Below are positions 10,701 to 21,518 of a stretch of 64,000 nt of DNA, piece after piece. The notes under the pieces are model-generated. The model did not search any database. It worked only from the letters and a program-made list of their open reading frames with translations, and was not told where the DNA came from. Origin of the DNA: Cercozoa sp. M6MM (Eukaryota; Protista; Endomyxa: Ascetosporea). Location of the stretch: NCBI GenBank assembly GCA_040357565.1, contig JBDODJ010000043.1, one strand, 5' to 3'. Every line of letters starts with the position of its first letter. The first letter of the stretch is position 1. The translations under genes and the position numbers were made by a program.

Positions 10701-13068
10701 GGTACCCTGTGCTGAGAAAAAGAAGAAACTGTGCTTGTTGACCCTTTGTGGCAGTATTGGACTTCCAGCGCATGCAAGAAGGCAACTTGCCGAACTTCAC
10801 CGACCAGTTCTCCATTGTCGACGTTGCTGCAGGTGCGTTTCCCCCATAACTCCCGGAAGAACCTTTTATTCATTATGATGTTTCGAGTGCAGAGGCAGTG
10901 AACATGCAACGCCGACTCGCGAAACCTGGCGTTGAACTGTACCAGACACTCTAACTTTCCTTCCATTGTGACATGACTGCGTATGCACACTTCAGTCGCT
11001 ACGATACCTCTGGCGACGAAAACATCGTGTGCAGTCGCCGCGCAGTCAAGCTAATACTCATCAACATGTTGGTACTTGACCTCGAATCGTAGAAAATATC
11101 ATTCTAGTGCTTTGCACTGTGTAGTCGAACGCAATCAAATTCACGCAACATGGATACGTACACCTATCGTACGTTGCGTGTACTGTACTACATCAGCCGA
11201 GGGAGTTGATATTTGATGTTCACAGCATAAGCGTATCGAACACATCGGTGCTTTTGTCGCCTGCCGACAGGTCGGCGGTACCTCGATACCACATCAGTGG
11301 GTTCATCTCAGGAGGGGTTTAAACTTGCATGTGCACTTGCAGATTTCGGCACCTGGCACTTTAGCCTTCTTGCAAATCGTGGTACTCACTCTGTGTGGTG
11401 GATACGCAAATACTCTGAGTTGAAACACAGGTGAGCGACAGTGGGTGCGGTGTGTCCGACGAGGACCAGGTGAACTTGTTCCACAAGTTCGTACAGGTCG
11501 GAGGCGACTCAGAAGCCCATCTGCTGGGCAGCGGTCTCGGCCTTGTGTTGGTACCCAGCACTGCATGGAACTCGAGTTGCCTTTTTGCCACATGCACCTA
11601 CAGGTCCAACGCATCGTGTCTTCCTTCCAAGGCAGCGTGCGATTGTTTTCGCCGCTTTTCGGACCATCGGCACGACTGTAAAAACTATAGTGTACTTGAT
11701 CTGATGAACATAAATGATACATTCAACAGTCCACCGGTGGGTGTATTGCCGCCAGAGATGTCGGAACTCGGAGCCAAAGACGAAACAGCCCGTGGCACAG
11801 CCTTTTTCATCGAGTACAGTTCCCTTTCGTGTGTTTATGCGAATATTGTAAATTTAAATTTACTTGAATCGAGGGAGTGCTCAGAATTCCAGTGTCTCGC
11901 GAGTGCCGGTGCCTGCAGTTGGATGATAGTTTAGTCACGAGCAGTACCGCAGCAGCACAACCGATGTCTCCGGTACATTTCTCCCTTCCATGCGTTGAAG
12001 CTTAATGCGAAACTGTAAACGGCAGATGTCGCAATGTCGCGTGCGATGCGTCGTAGTAGACGACGAAGGACCAAATCGACGCGTTCTTACGCGCAAAATG
12101 CACATGGTACCATTTCCCATTTTCTGGGGTGAAGGTGCTGAAATCTAAACAATTTTGTCGTGACTTGTGAAAACAGGTCTCGAAGCAGTTGAAACTGCAG
12201 TCGTTCGAAACTGTCGCATTTGCATCGGTGCGTTCATTCCTTGTTTTTGAGCGTGCCTGTTTCACCTGATGCTTTGGTGCTTCTAGGGTGAGGATGCTCT
12301 TGCAAGGTGCAAGGAGGACATGTTTGGCCACACACAAGGCAAGAATGTTCACTTCAAGCATGGGGAATTGACATTTTAAAACACCTTAACTGCACATGAG
12401 CAGGCGAACAGTTGTGGCTGCTGCTGGACTTCAACCTGAGTCGCAGCGGAGGTACTTTATCAGAGAAATGTTCGCTGCGGGGGTGTCTCTTTTAACAGAA
12501 GAATTTAGGTGTCTTGAACGGCATCCAACTCATGAAGCAACTGGTACAGTTGTATCAAAACACAATGCAACCAACCGAGAGGGTAGCGCCTTCACATATT
12601 TGTATACGCGGTAGAGAACGCTGGTGAACTGCCCCAGTTTGTATCTGATTTGTACCGGCAACTGCACGCAGGAGGACATGTAAGTCAATCAGTCACTGCC
12701 AACTGTCCCGAAATGTGCACACTTGTTGTAGCGATCGGTACCACAGCGTTGGTTTCGATGATGTGCTGGGCAAGCCAGTCCCACCGCTACCACAACTGAC
12801 TACTTTGATGCAAGAGTACTCTCTTTCTTGCATGTCGTTTATCGTTGTTTCCTACGAATTCGAGAGTTTGCAGACACGTGAAACGTCTCCAAGAAGTGTC
12901 TCGACGTCGCCAGACGCGCTTGCCGATGCGTGTCTCCGGTAAACTGCCCTTCCGCGAGTTAGTTTTGTGGTATGCGCGCTCTCCATTACTGCCTATATAG
13001 ACCTTCGACAGGCGCTGTCGCAGTCGATAGCGAGTCTGCGCTCGCCAAGCAGTGGAAGCACTCATTGA
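7707..13068 (+). CDS. Hybrid sensor histidine kinase, TM-CHASE-TM-HisKA-HATPase_c-REC; roughly 40 introns
   Basis: CHASE motifs (FASFVTPYL..ALKATVYLPRVEHEERALYE..YWPIYYIEP..NVAAPGFDLSTD..KITLVTNTPGFMVFVP). H-box FMFHELRNPLNA (~10285-10325), VVNSVLDFQRMQEG, N-box LILINMLSNAIKFTQHG, G1 VSDSGCGV, F-box LFHKFVQ, G2 GSGLGL. Receiver motifs VVVDDEGPNR, LLLDFNL, CTGN, VGFDDVLGKP. Confidence 0.9.
8578..8755. repeat. Compound CA-rich minisatellite (CACACAAC/CACACATC units), intronic in the kinase gene, with 10-N gap
   Basis: Directly visible. Confidence 0.9.
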
Positions 13069-13264
13069 TTCAAGGGGTCTCAGGTTTCTCAGCTGTTCCT
13101 TAGGGTGCCAGTAAACTGACAGTTCGCGTCGCTTCAGTTCAGTTTAAGTTGTGGTGGCATTAACTTAAATCGGTAGGACCCGCCGTCGCGTCAGTTTACG
13201 TTAATTTACAGTTCAAAACAGATGATACGATACTTGACCAACTCAACCAAACTGAGGTTTATTC

Positions 13265-14036
13265 GGGTTCTGGGGCGTTGAAGCCCACTTTTAAATACGC
13301 GTGCTAACTATCATCAGTGCATGAGCATATAAGATTAGTGCATAACTGAGTGCGTGGAAGTTCCGCTAATCCCGTAAACTCGAAGAAATCGGCTTCACAA
13401 AATCGGGCAATTGAGCGCCGACCCACGAAATATAAAACGACTGTCCGCGTCTTTTTCGTATGTTAGCACGAGCATAGTGTTGTTATTTTGCAAGTGTAAA
13501 GTGTAAGCACACGACTTAACACGATAAAACCATGCCTGGCGTTCTGTCAGGACCGCTCTCAACACCACACTTAAACTTACATGTACGAGCTCCTGACCCG
13601 CGAAGACGCACTACAACAGCACGAGAACACTGCAGAAGTGGCAGATCAAGTTGACCCGGACTACGAGAGCCAAAACATGGCTCCCGGGACGCCAAGTGAG
13701 ACCAGCGTACCTCCCGCCAAAAGACCACGCCGTGCCGCTGCCAGCAAAGCAAAGACAGAGCTACTACGCCAAAGCCAGGGTACTCTATTGATGTCAGCAC
13801 TGCAGCGCAACTTTCGTTACAACGAAACAGGCAGCAGAGATCGCCATTACCAAAGCGCAGTGATGCGAATCCGGCGCTCCAACGCAACAAAATAAGAGGA
13901 TTGTATCACAATTTTCTTCGAGTTTACGGGATTAGCGGAACTTCCACGCACTCAGTTATGCACTAATCTTATATGCTCATGCACTGATGATAGTTAGCAC
14001 GCGTATTTAAAAGTGGGCTTCAACGCCCCAGAACCC
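13265..14036. mobile_element. Non-autonomous Mutator-like (MULE) DNA transposon, 772 bp
   Basis: Perfect 124-bp terminal inverted repeats at 13265-13388 and 13913-14036, starting GGGTTCTGGGG. The flanking 9-mers GGTTTATTC (13256-13264) and GGTTCATTC (14037-14045) form a 9-bp TSD with one mismatch. Long G-starting TIRs plus a 9-bp TSD are Mutator hallmarks. No transposase catalytic domain inside. Confidence 0.88.
13581..13895 (+). other. 104-codon ORF carried inside the MULE (transposase C-terminal remnant or captured host fragment)
   Basis: ATG-to-TAA ORF with an NLS-like PPAKRPRR, ending 17 bp before the right TIR. Confidence 0.4.
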
Positions 14037-14051
14037 GGTTCATTCATATGA

Positions 14052-16205
14052 TCATTGGAAAGTGAAGACTTGCGGTGATTTGCGTTGCTTGTTCTGCAAT
14101 AGAGTTGAAGTGATTCATTGTTCAAACCGCCAAACAACTTGAAAGAGCAAGATCGGAGACAATGGATATAAGTTACTGTGGAAGTTGGACGTATAGAAAG
14201 TGGCGGGAGAAGGCTGCCGTTGTCGTTTGTGTCATTGTCGTTCGTGTTCTTGCTGTTACTGTTTTCGTGGAGAGTGTTCTGGTCGATGTTGCCACTTTCT
14301 GGGTCATTACTGGTAGGTTTACTGGCGACAGTGCCGAAAAAAGGAGGCAGCGGCACGTCTGCGTCCAACATTGCGTGACTGATGTCGGGCAGGCTCGTGT
14401 CGTGTGGTGGGACACTGAGCGACTGCGGGTGCAGGTGCGACTGATCTGGAGTAGCGTGCAGCTGCTGCAGGAAGGACACATCAAGCAGCGGCGGCGTTGT
14501 AATGCCAGCCGATGCTGGCATCTGCAGCAACTGCGGCAAAGTTGAGGCTGGAGGTGCCGAAAGCAAGTTGGGCAGTGCCGTGTCTTGTAGCTGGTGCTGT
14601 TGCTGGTGCTGTTGTTGTTGCTGTTGCTGTTGCCGAAGGACCCTATCAAGCTCACCAGTTGAGCTGTTGTTATTGTTGTTGCTGTCATCGATGGAGGAGT
14701 TGTTGTTGTTGTTGTTGTTACTGGTGATGCAGTTTTCAGTGCCGTCGCTGGTGCCGTCAGTGTTGAGAGTACTGGCTATAGCCGCGTCCACATCGGCGAG
14801 TGTCCAACCCAGTCCACTCGAAGAAGCGGAAGCCTCCGCGGAGACACCCGAAGGAAAGGCAGGGTCGTTCAACAGTTGCGACAGCGCCGCGTCTGACAGA
14901 CCCAGCAAGTCGACAGCACCAGGAGTCGGGCCGGCATCGTTTGTGCTGCCACTACCACTCGCGTCGTCAACCGGCAGTGAGTTCAGAGAAGCGATGTCGA
15001 GTAGACTCAGGTCGTTGAGTCCCTCTACAACACGCAACTGTATCATGGCTTGGAAACGACATGGACAACAGAGGTACCCAGGTTCCCCAAGGAGCCGAGA
15101 CTATTGAGATCGAGTGCACCAACGTTGCCTACAGTGCCATGCAAGTACATGTACACATGACCAAGGAAAGAGTGAGATCGCGAATCTACCAATGCCAGAC
15201 AGGTTGTTGCTGTTGTTTGAGTTGTTTATGCCTGCGCTCTGTTCGAAACTGGCGTCGATGGCACGCAGCTCGTTCAATAGCTCGCTGTCGTTCAGTCTGT
15301 ACCCACAGCGAAGCAACCATTGTATCGATTAGTTTCTTCCTCGCAGTGACGGTACATGCTGGAAGAGGAATCATCGCTTGACAGCAATGCCGCCATTTCG
15401 AGGTTGGTGAGCGCGTCGCTGCATTTTTTAACATCCACCGTTTGGTACAGCAGCACTCTAGTGGAGACATTTACGTAGGTGGCGGCGTGCCGAGCTGCCT
15501 CGCTTCACCAATTCGCGCATACCGAACGTCAAACGGTGGCAGTCCCTTTCGACACAATCAGTTACCAGAGGAAAATGAACTTCAGTTTTGCCTTGTACCA
15601 ATTGCGCGCGCAATGCGTTTGTCTCCTTTTCCTTCACCTTGTTTGCTTCCCTATTAATAATCATGCACTCTGACAGAACACACTTTAATCACGAGAAGCT
15701 CGAAGCTAAAGTACCGCAGAGCACTAATGATTTCGCACAGTGCACTCAGACACTGGGCGTGTGTGCGAGCCTGTGCTTGCCAGATACCGGGGATGTGGAA
15801 ACAACAGCGACACGGGCGGGGGGGGGGTAAGCAATCATTGCGCTCTGAGTACCTCTGGAACAATGACCCCCGGGATGTTGCGCTTCGACGCGATGAAATC
15901 CGGCAGCACCGCCAGTCGCTCCGACAGCAGTGTGCTACCCCAGGTTATGTACAAAAGTGTACCAAAATACCAGCAGGAAAAGTCAGCAAACTGATAAATT
16001 TAGAAACAATGAAACTCAGGCACACAGAGATCAAATCGACAGCGCACGCGCAGCATTGGTGTTACCGCGAGAGTTTAGTTTTCCGTGGCTTGCTCATGCC
16101 ATGGACACGCCGAGGGACAGACCACTCCACGGCAATGGAGAGCTGACCGTGGCGTGCACGTTTTTCGTCTCGCGGCGGTACATACTGTTCGGACTTTTCG
16201 CACAT
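14052..16205 (-). CDS. Hypothetical protein with N/Q-rich low-complexity C-terminus; N-terminal part weakly resembles a bHLH-zipper
   Basis: Large exon (ORF 13994-15046) with poly-N/poly-Q. Upstream spliceable exons read LLSERLAVLPDFIASK..CLSALCEIISALREANKVKEKETNALRAQL. Start and last exon are uncertain. Confidence 0.5.
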
Positions 16206-16443
16206 CTTAAATTTAAAGTAGTTGTGCGCTCGGATCGGATTCGGACGGAGATCTGAATAGATTACAAGCTGCGTTCAACTACTTTAAATTTAATTTACAT
16301 TGCCAAGTTGCCTCGCTATGTTGCTATGCCAAGTTGCCCCTGCTAAGTTCCTTCCGCAACAGTTAAAAGTTGAGCGGAGTTCAGTTCGTTGAAAAGTTAT
16401 TTTTAAACAGTCACTAGTACAGTTAGCCCGGCGCGGTGGACGC

Positions 16444-18444
16444 TTACCAGAAGCGACCTGCTGAGAGAAGGGTCGCTCCCAGCGCAGCCGAGAGCACGTC
16501 GATAGCTCTCGGGAGTGCGCCGGCGCTGGCACCCGACGGCTGGTTGTTGTTGCCGTCAGTGCCGCTTGGACTGTTGCTGGCCACGACAGCCACATCGGCC
16601 TGGACACGGGCATAGTCGGCATCGTTCTGCAGGAGCGACGCACTGCTTCCGGTGTAGTTCGATACCGGCAGCTGCACCAGCACGGCGTCGACGATGGCAG
16701 AGCCGGGAGCGAGACCGAGGTCTTTAGCCACGTCGTCAATGATGTCCTATTCAGAGAATATGTACATACTGGACAGCACGAATAGAGATACATTGTAGCC
16801 TAAATTTTGTACTGTACCTGCAACTGCTCCAGCATCTGCTGACGTGCATCGACCTGGAGGTTGGCCAGCGCCTTCTTCAAGAAGACACGCAGATTGAAGT
16901 CGCCCACAATGGCGTCGTCGTTACGCTCCATCTTCTCGCCGGCAGAATCCACCACGACATCCTACAGCAACCTCCAGGTATCACAAAACTGACGTCACTG
17001 TTGATAGCCAAGTAGTTTTGCTGTACCTCCAGTTCGTCCAAGAGCTTCTCGCCGAGTGCCGCCAGGAAACGCTGGCGCTGCTGCTCGGGCGGCAGGAACA
17101 GCACGGTTTCGATCTCATCGTCGTCCTCATCGTCGCTGTCGTTGCAGTCGCACTCTTCTTCGTACTTGGGCTTGTCCTCATGGGCAGGGCACAGATACGC
17201 CGGCACCGGGAACTCCAGCTCGTCCACCTCGACCTGCATCAATGCATCATCATCACTCGATAGTGCAGTCGTAAAGACACTCTCGTCATGCCATTTTGAT
17301 GGGACAGCAAGTGTACCTTGCCAGGTGTCAGGTCGGCCTCGATGTCAAGCTTTGCCTCACAGTAGACGACGCGACGACGCGTGCTGCCAAGCCAGCAGTA
17401 CACAGACTGTGCAATCAGAGGAGTCAAGTTACACGGTACCAGCTGGCTTCACTGCCGAGTGCGGTGACGTCACCGTTGGAATCACGTGGTAAGCAGCGAC
17501 CGTAGTCCTTCTCCTTCCACTCGTAGGACACAGCTGACTCAACTTCGTCGTCGCAGTCGTCGGCGTCGCATGTCAACAGCGCAGGCGGACGCGGCGACTC
17601 GCTGCAGTCCTCGGGCATGGCCTTGCCGACAAGCGTCATGACGCCCTGTGCGTCCGACCGGAAGACGCCACAGTACACTGCGCACACACAGACTATTACA
17701 TGCCAAGGATGTCTGAGAGAGCTATTTACCCTGACGACGTACGGCACAGATTCGTTCCTGACCATCGACAGGGTCAGTAGAGGTGCCGTTGTTGCCCGAG
17801 AAGGAGTTTTGCAACACATCGCTCGAGTCGACATCGGCCAGGGACAGGTGACGGCAGAATCGCTCATCGTCCGGCTCACCGACCACCTGCAGTGCAGAAA
17901 TTAATACTTATGCTGCATCTAATACTCGTGAAACTGTAAAGTACAGTTATTTACCCAGTGATGAGAAGCAGATGACGGGTCCTGAGAAGAGCAGTCGCAC
18001 TCAACCTGACTGGACGGCAGACAGAGGTTCACTTGAGCCCTGGGAACACAGACTGTCTCTCACGCAGACAAGACAAACTGTTAACAACTTACAAGTTGGC
18101 GGTATCAATGGGAACGTTGTTGTCGGAAAGGCACTGCTCGACACAGTGCTCCATGTTCACCACGGTGCCGTTGTAGGCCATGTCGGTGCATGTCACCTCG
18201 ACTGAGCGAAAGCACGCACCTGCTTCGAGCGAAAACGCACACAAATCAGTGGGCTCGCCTTGAACGACCTGGTACTGTCAAAGACCAAACAATTATATCT
18301 ATGTATGTAAATACTATACAATTTCAATTTAATGCAAACTGAAACACAACCGAACACAACACAACACTCAGAGAAAGGTACGCGCTGCGAAGACGTCTGA
18401 GCAAACGTCTGGGCTGCAAGCAAACTGGAAAGAAGAAGTTTCAT
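16444..18444 (-). CDS. Secreted, probably GPI-anchored Cys-rich surface protein with TSP1-like (ADAMTS/papilin-type) repeats
   Basis: Signal peptide MKLLLSSLLAAQTFA. Repeated units with C..R.V.C spacing (CFRSVEVTC, CAVRRQVYC, YEWKEKDYGRC..STRRRVVYC). C-terminal SGASAG followed by hydrophobic VLSAALGATLLSAGRFW*. Confidence 0.6.
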
Positions 18445-19028
18445 TGGGGACCGAGACGTTAATGGCAGGTGTGAACTCGGAGAGGTATTCGGTTTGATAA
18501 GAGCAGTGAGAAAAGCGTGAAAGAAACAAAACAGAGTATATGTTGCATCCGGGGACGATTGCTGTGCAACTACTGGCAGCAACAGTTGGTGAGCAATGCG
18601 GGATACCCACCCCGAGATTTTACCCAATACTTGCCTCACAAAATTCAAAATGTGCAGATGATTGATTCCCCTTGCCCGATCACGATAATAATCTCGATAT
18701 TATGCCAAAAACTGCTTCTAGCGTGGCTGCTTAGACACTGCGACTTGGTTTAACCACAAAGACACTGAATTATACTTGTACAGCGTACAACTGTACTTCT
18801 AAACGGTGCCTATCTTTGTGCTGGATGCACATAAACTAAACGTAAATGAAACACTTAAATTGAAACCGAACTCGTTGGCACGACGCGATGGCTGGCACGT
18901 GCATCGAACCACAAGCTTCGAAGAAACCCCTCGAGGCGACGAGAACCCACGAGTGGGTGGCGAGCACACGTACTTGACTGTATCCCGACTGTGCTGGTAT
19001 GAGGTTGAGTGGCACCGATACCCGCCGA

Positions 19029-20641
19029 CTAGCTCGATGGACGGCGACGCTTCTTGGAGAGTTCCTGAAGGTGCGCCTTGAGCGCGTCGACGTGCTGCAC
19101 AGAGACAACAACGGCGCCGTCGCTGTCCTGCTGACTCTGCTGCAGTGCTCCGACCTGGTCGATACATGTCGAAATATACATGTCGAAATATATGGCAACA
19201 CACTAGGTTTGGTACCCAATCTCTCATAACGGTGCGCAGTGTAGACAGTCCCTCGCCCAGGGCAGCCAGCTGGGTACGGTCCATCGATGCGAGTGTCTCT
19301 TGCATCAACTCGTTGTCTTCACGCTGTTGTCACAGGGTGGGTAGCTAGGGTAGGGGGGTGTGAGGGAGAAGTAATACCTGTCGATGAGCCATACGGCGTC
19401 GTACTTCAGAGGCAAGTCGCGTGGTAGCATCGCCTTGTCCGTCAGCAACGACGTCCATCTCACTCACATGTTCCTATCCCAAAGCCCCAAAGCACCAAAG
19501 CGTATAGGGTAGGCATAGAAGACAAAAAATGGTACCACAGCATTGTCGTAGATCTCGCTGAGATGCAGTGGCCACGGGAAAACACGCGCCTCACGCAGAC
19601 TGTGCTCGCACTCGAAACACGTTGCCACTTGTCTCACAAACGCCGTCAGTTTCGCCTCGGGTATCACGCTGAACATACAACATACAGACATATTAACATC
19701 AGGGAGGGGGGGGGGGGTCAAGCTACATCCCGCCCTCAGCAGTCACCGTAGCCAAAACTGCAGAAACGTCGACGTCAAAACGCGCTCGCTGACAACCGGC
19801 CTCGTGGCCGCGACGCCGTTTCTTCAACGGTTCCGCGTTTTCCTCGGTTTCAGCGCTGCTGTCTTTTGCAATCTCAGTTTCGGGAGTGTCGAACGAGCCA
19901 GTTCCCACCAGTTGCAGCAGGAAAGGAACACGCTGGGCGCAGCTTTTGCACATGTAAACGTCTGGCACCTCGCCTAACAACATCTCAACTGTAGGAAGTA
20001 TCTGAATTGTAGGAAGCATGGGCAGGTACCAACAAAGTCGCGCAGGAAGGGTACGCACGCCACGTGGAACCAATCCTCGCAGAAGCGACACTGTATCATT
20101 TCCGACTCGACTTCTTCCTCACGCTTGTCGCATACTACGGGGAGACGGGTAGGGGTAAAGAGAGGAGCAGAGGGAGGGTAAAGCCTACCACAGAATCGGC
20201 CGGAGAAGTTGTGTCCATATCGATTCCGCGTGTTGCGCTGACGCGGCTCTTGAGCAAAACTGCAGCGCCGCTCCGTCTTTTCCGGACAGCCGCAGTCGCA
20301 ACTAAAGCAAAACAGCAGTTCAGTTCGATCAGAATAACACGAAAGCATGCTTTAAGCAATACCGAAAGTCCCTCCGGGTCCACAGCTCCTCCAACTCGCA
20401 TGTGTCGGCGTCATGGCACTGCCTCGCACACGCCAGACACAGGCCTGCCTCGCCTTTCGTGCACCTGCTTGTGTGTGCAATCAACCTTTTTCAACATTCT
20501 CGGAGCAAGGAGAAACGGCTAAAGTACGTTCTGCAGACGAACACCGACTGATTAATGTAGCCCTCGTCATAGGTACAGCACGTGAGTCGCTTGCCTGCTG
20601 CGCGCTGCAGTGCCTCTGCCCTCATATCTTGCAGAGCCTAC

Positions 20642-20698
<57 letters not shown>

Positions 20699-20798
20699 NN
20701 NNNNNNNNNNNNNNNNNNNNNNNNNNNNNNNNNNNNNNNNNNNNNNNNNNNNNNNNNNNNNNNNNNNNNNNNNNNNNNNNNNNNNNNNNNNNNNNNNN

Positions 20799-20843
<45 letters not shown>

Positions 20844-20952
20844 GTCTGCTTCTTTGAGACAACGAAACACAGCAAGAAGTTACCTCATTGGCGTACTGAG
20901 CTGTCTCGAGTTCCGCTAGTGTATACGACTTGTCATCTTCCAACGACGACAT
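19029..20952 (-). CDS. UBR7: Putative E3 ubiquitin-protein ligase UBR7 (UBR-box + PHD finger)
   Basis: Spliced CTYDEGYINQSVFVCRTC..AGLCLACARQCH..ELWTRRDFRCDCG..NRYGHNFSGRFC..EMIQCRFCEDWFHVAC..YMCKSCAQRVPFL, ending KKRRRPSS*. Confidence 0.9.
20644..20841. repeat. (CA)n microsatellite with 100-N gap, in the UBR7 first intron
   Basis: Directly visible. Confidence 0.95.
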
Positions 20953-21518
20953 CCAAAAAGGCTCCTTCTGTGTTCTCTATCCGAGTTTCTGGCGGTAACT
21001 AAACGATAGAAACTTTAGTTTACACTCACGCACACACTCTGGAAAGCTAAAAAGCTCAGTCAGATCGAAAAAGTACAATAGCCACCATGGCTCCACGGTG
21101 CGCGATCAGCGATCCGGCTGCCAGGATCCTGTCAGTTGACAGCGTTAACGGGGTTCGAGACGCCTCGGCCCGGCAAAGTGGCCAACTCTGCGCCTTTTGT
21201 CTTTTGCCTGATCTTTTGGGTCACGTCAGTGCCATGCCTGGGCGCAGCAAAACTGCTCGCAGTTCGCATGGTACGGTAAGCTAGACTAGAGTCTACAGCC
21301 GTGTTTGCAACTAGGTTAACTATCACCCGCGTCGCTTTCTTCTCGCTTCTGTGTCATTGTCCGCTGGTACAAAATACACAGCTTTCAGTTGTCTTGCTAT
21401 ATCGCGCATTTGTTGCTTACGACTTTGATTATAAATTTAGTTCATGCTGGTGTTTGTTAGAGTCATGCGTTTGTTGCTGAACGCGCTAATTCTGCCGTGC
21501 GCAGTGCTTGGCACTCAT

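Noticed and set aside
12339-12410. Possible GC-AG intron in the kinase receiver domain
   Set aside because: An alternative GT donor a few bases downstream with a later AG also preserves the frame; this cannot be decided without RNA data.
21088-21175. tRNA-like segment (GGTTCGAG plus CTGTCA-GT-TGACAG hairpin)
   Set aside because: Acceptor, anticodon and T stems do not pair into a cloverleaf.
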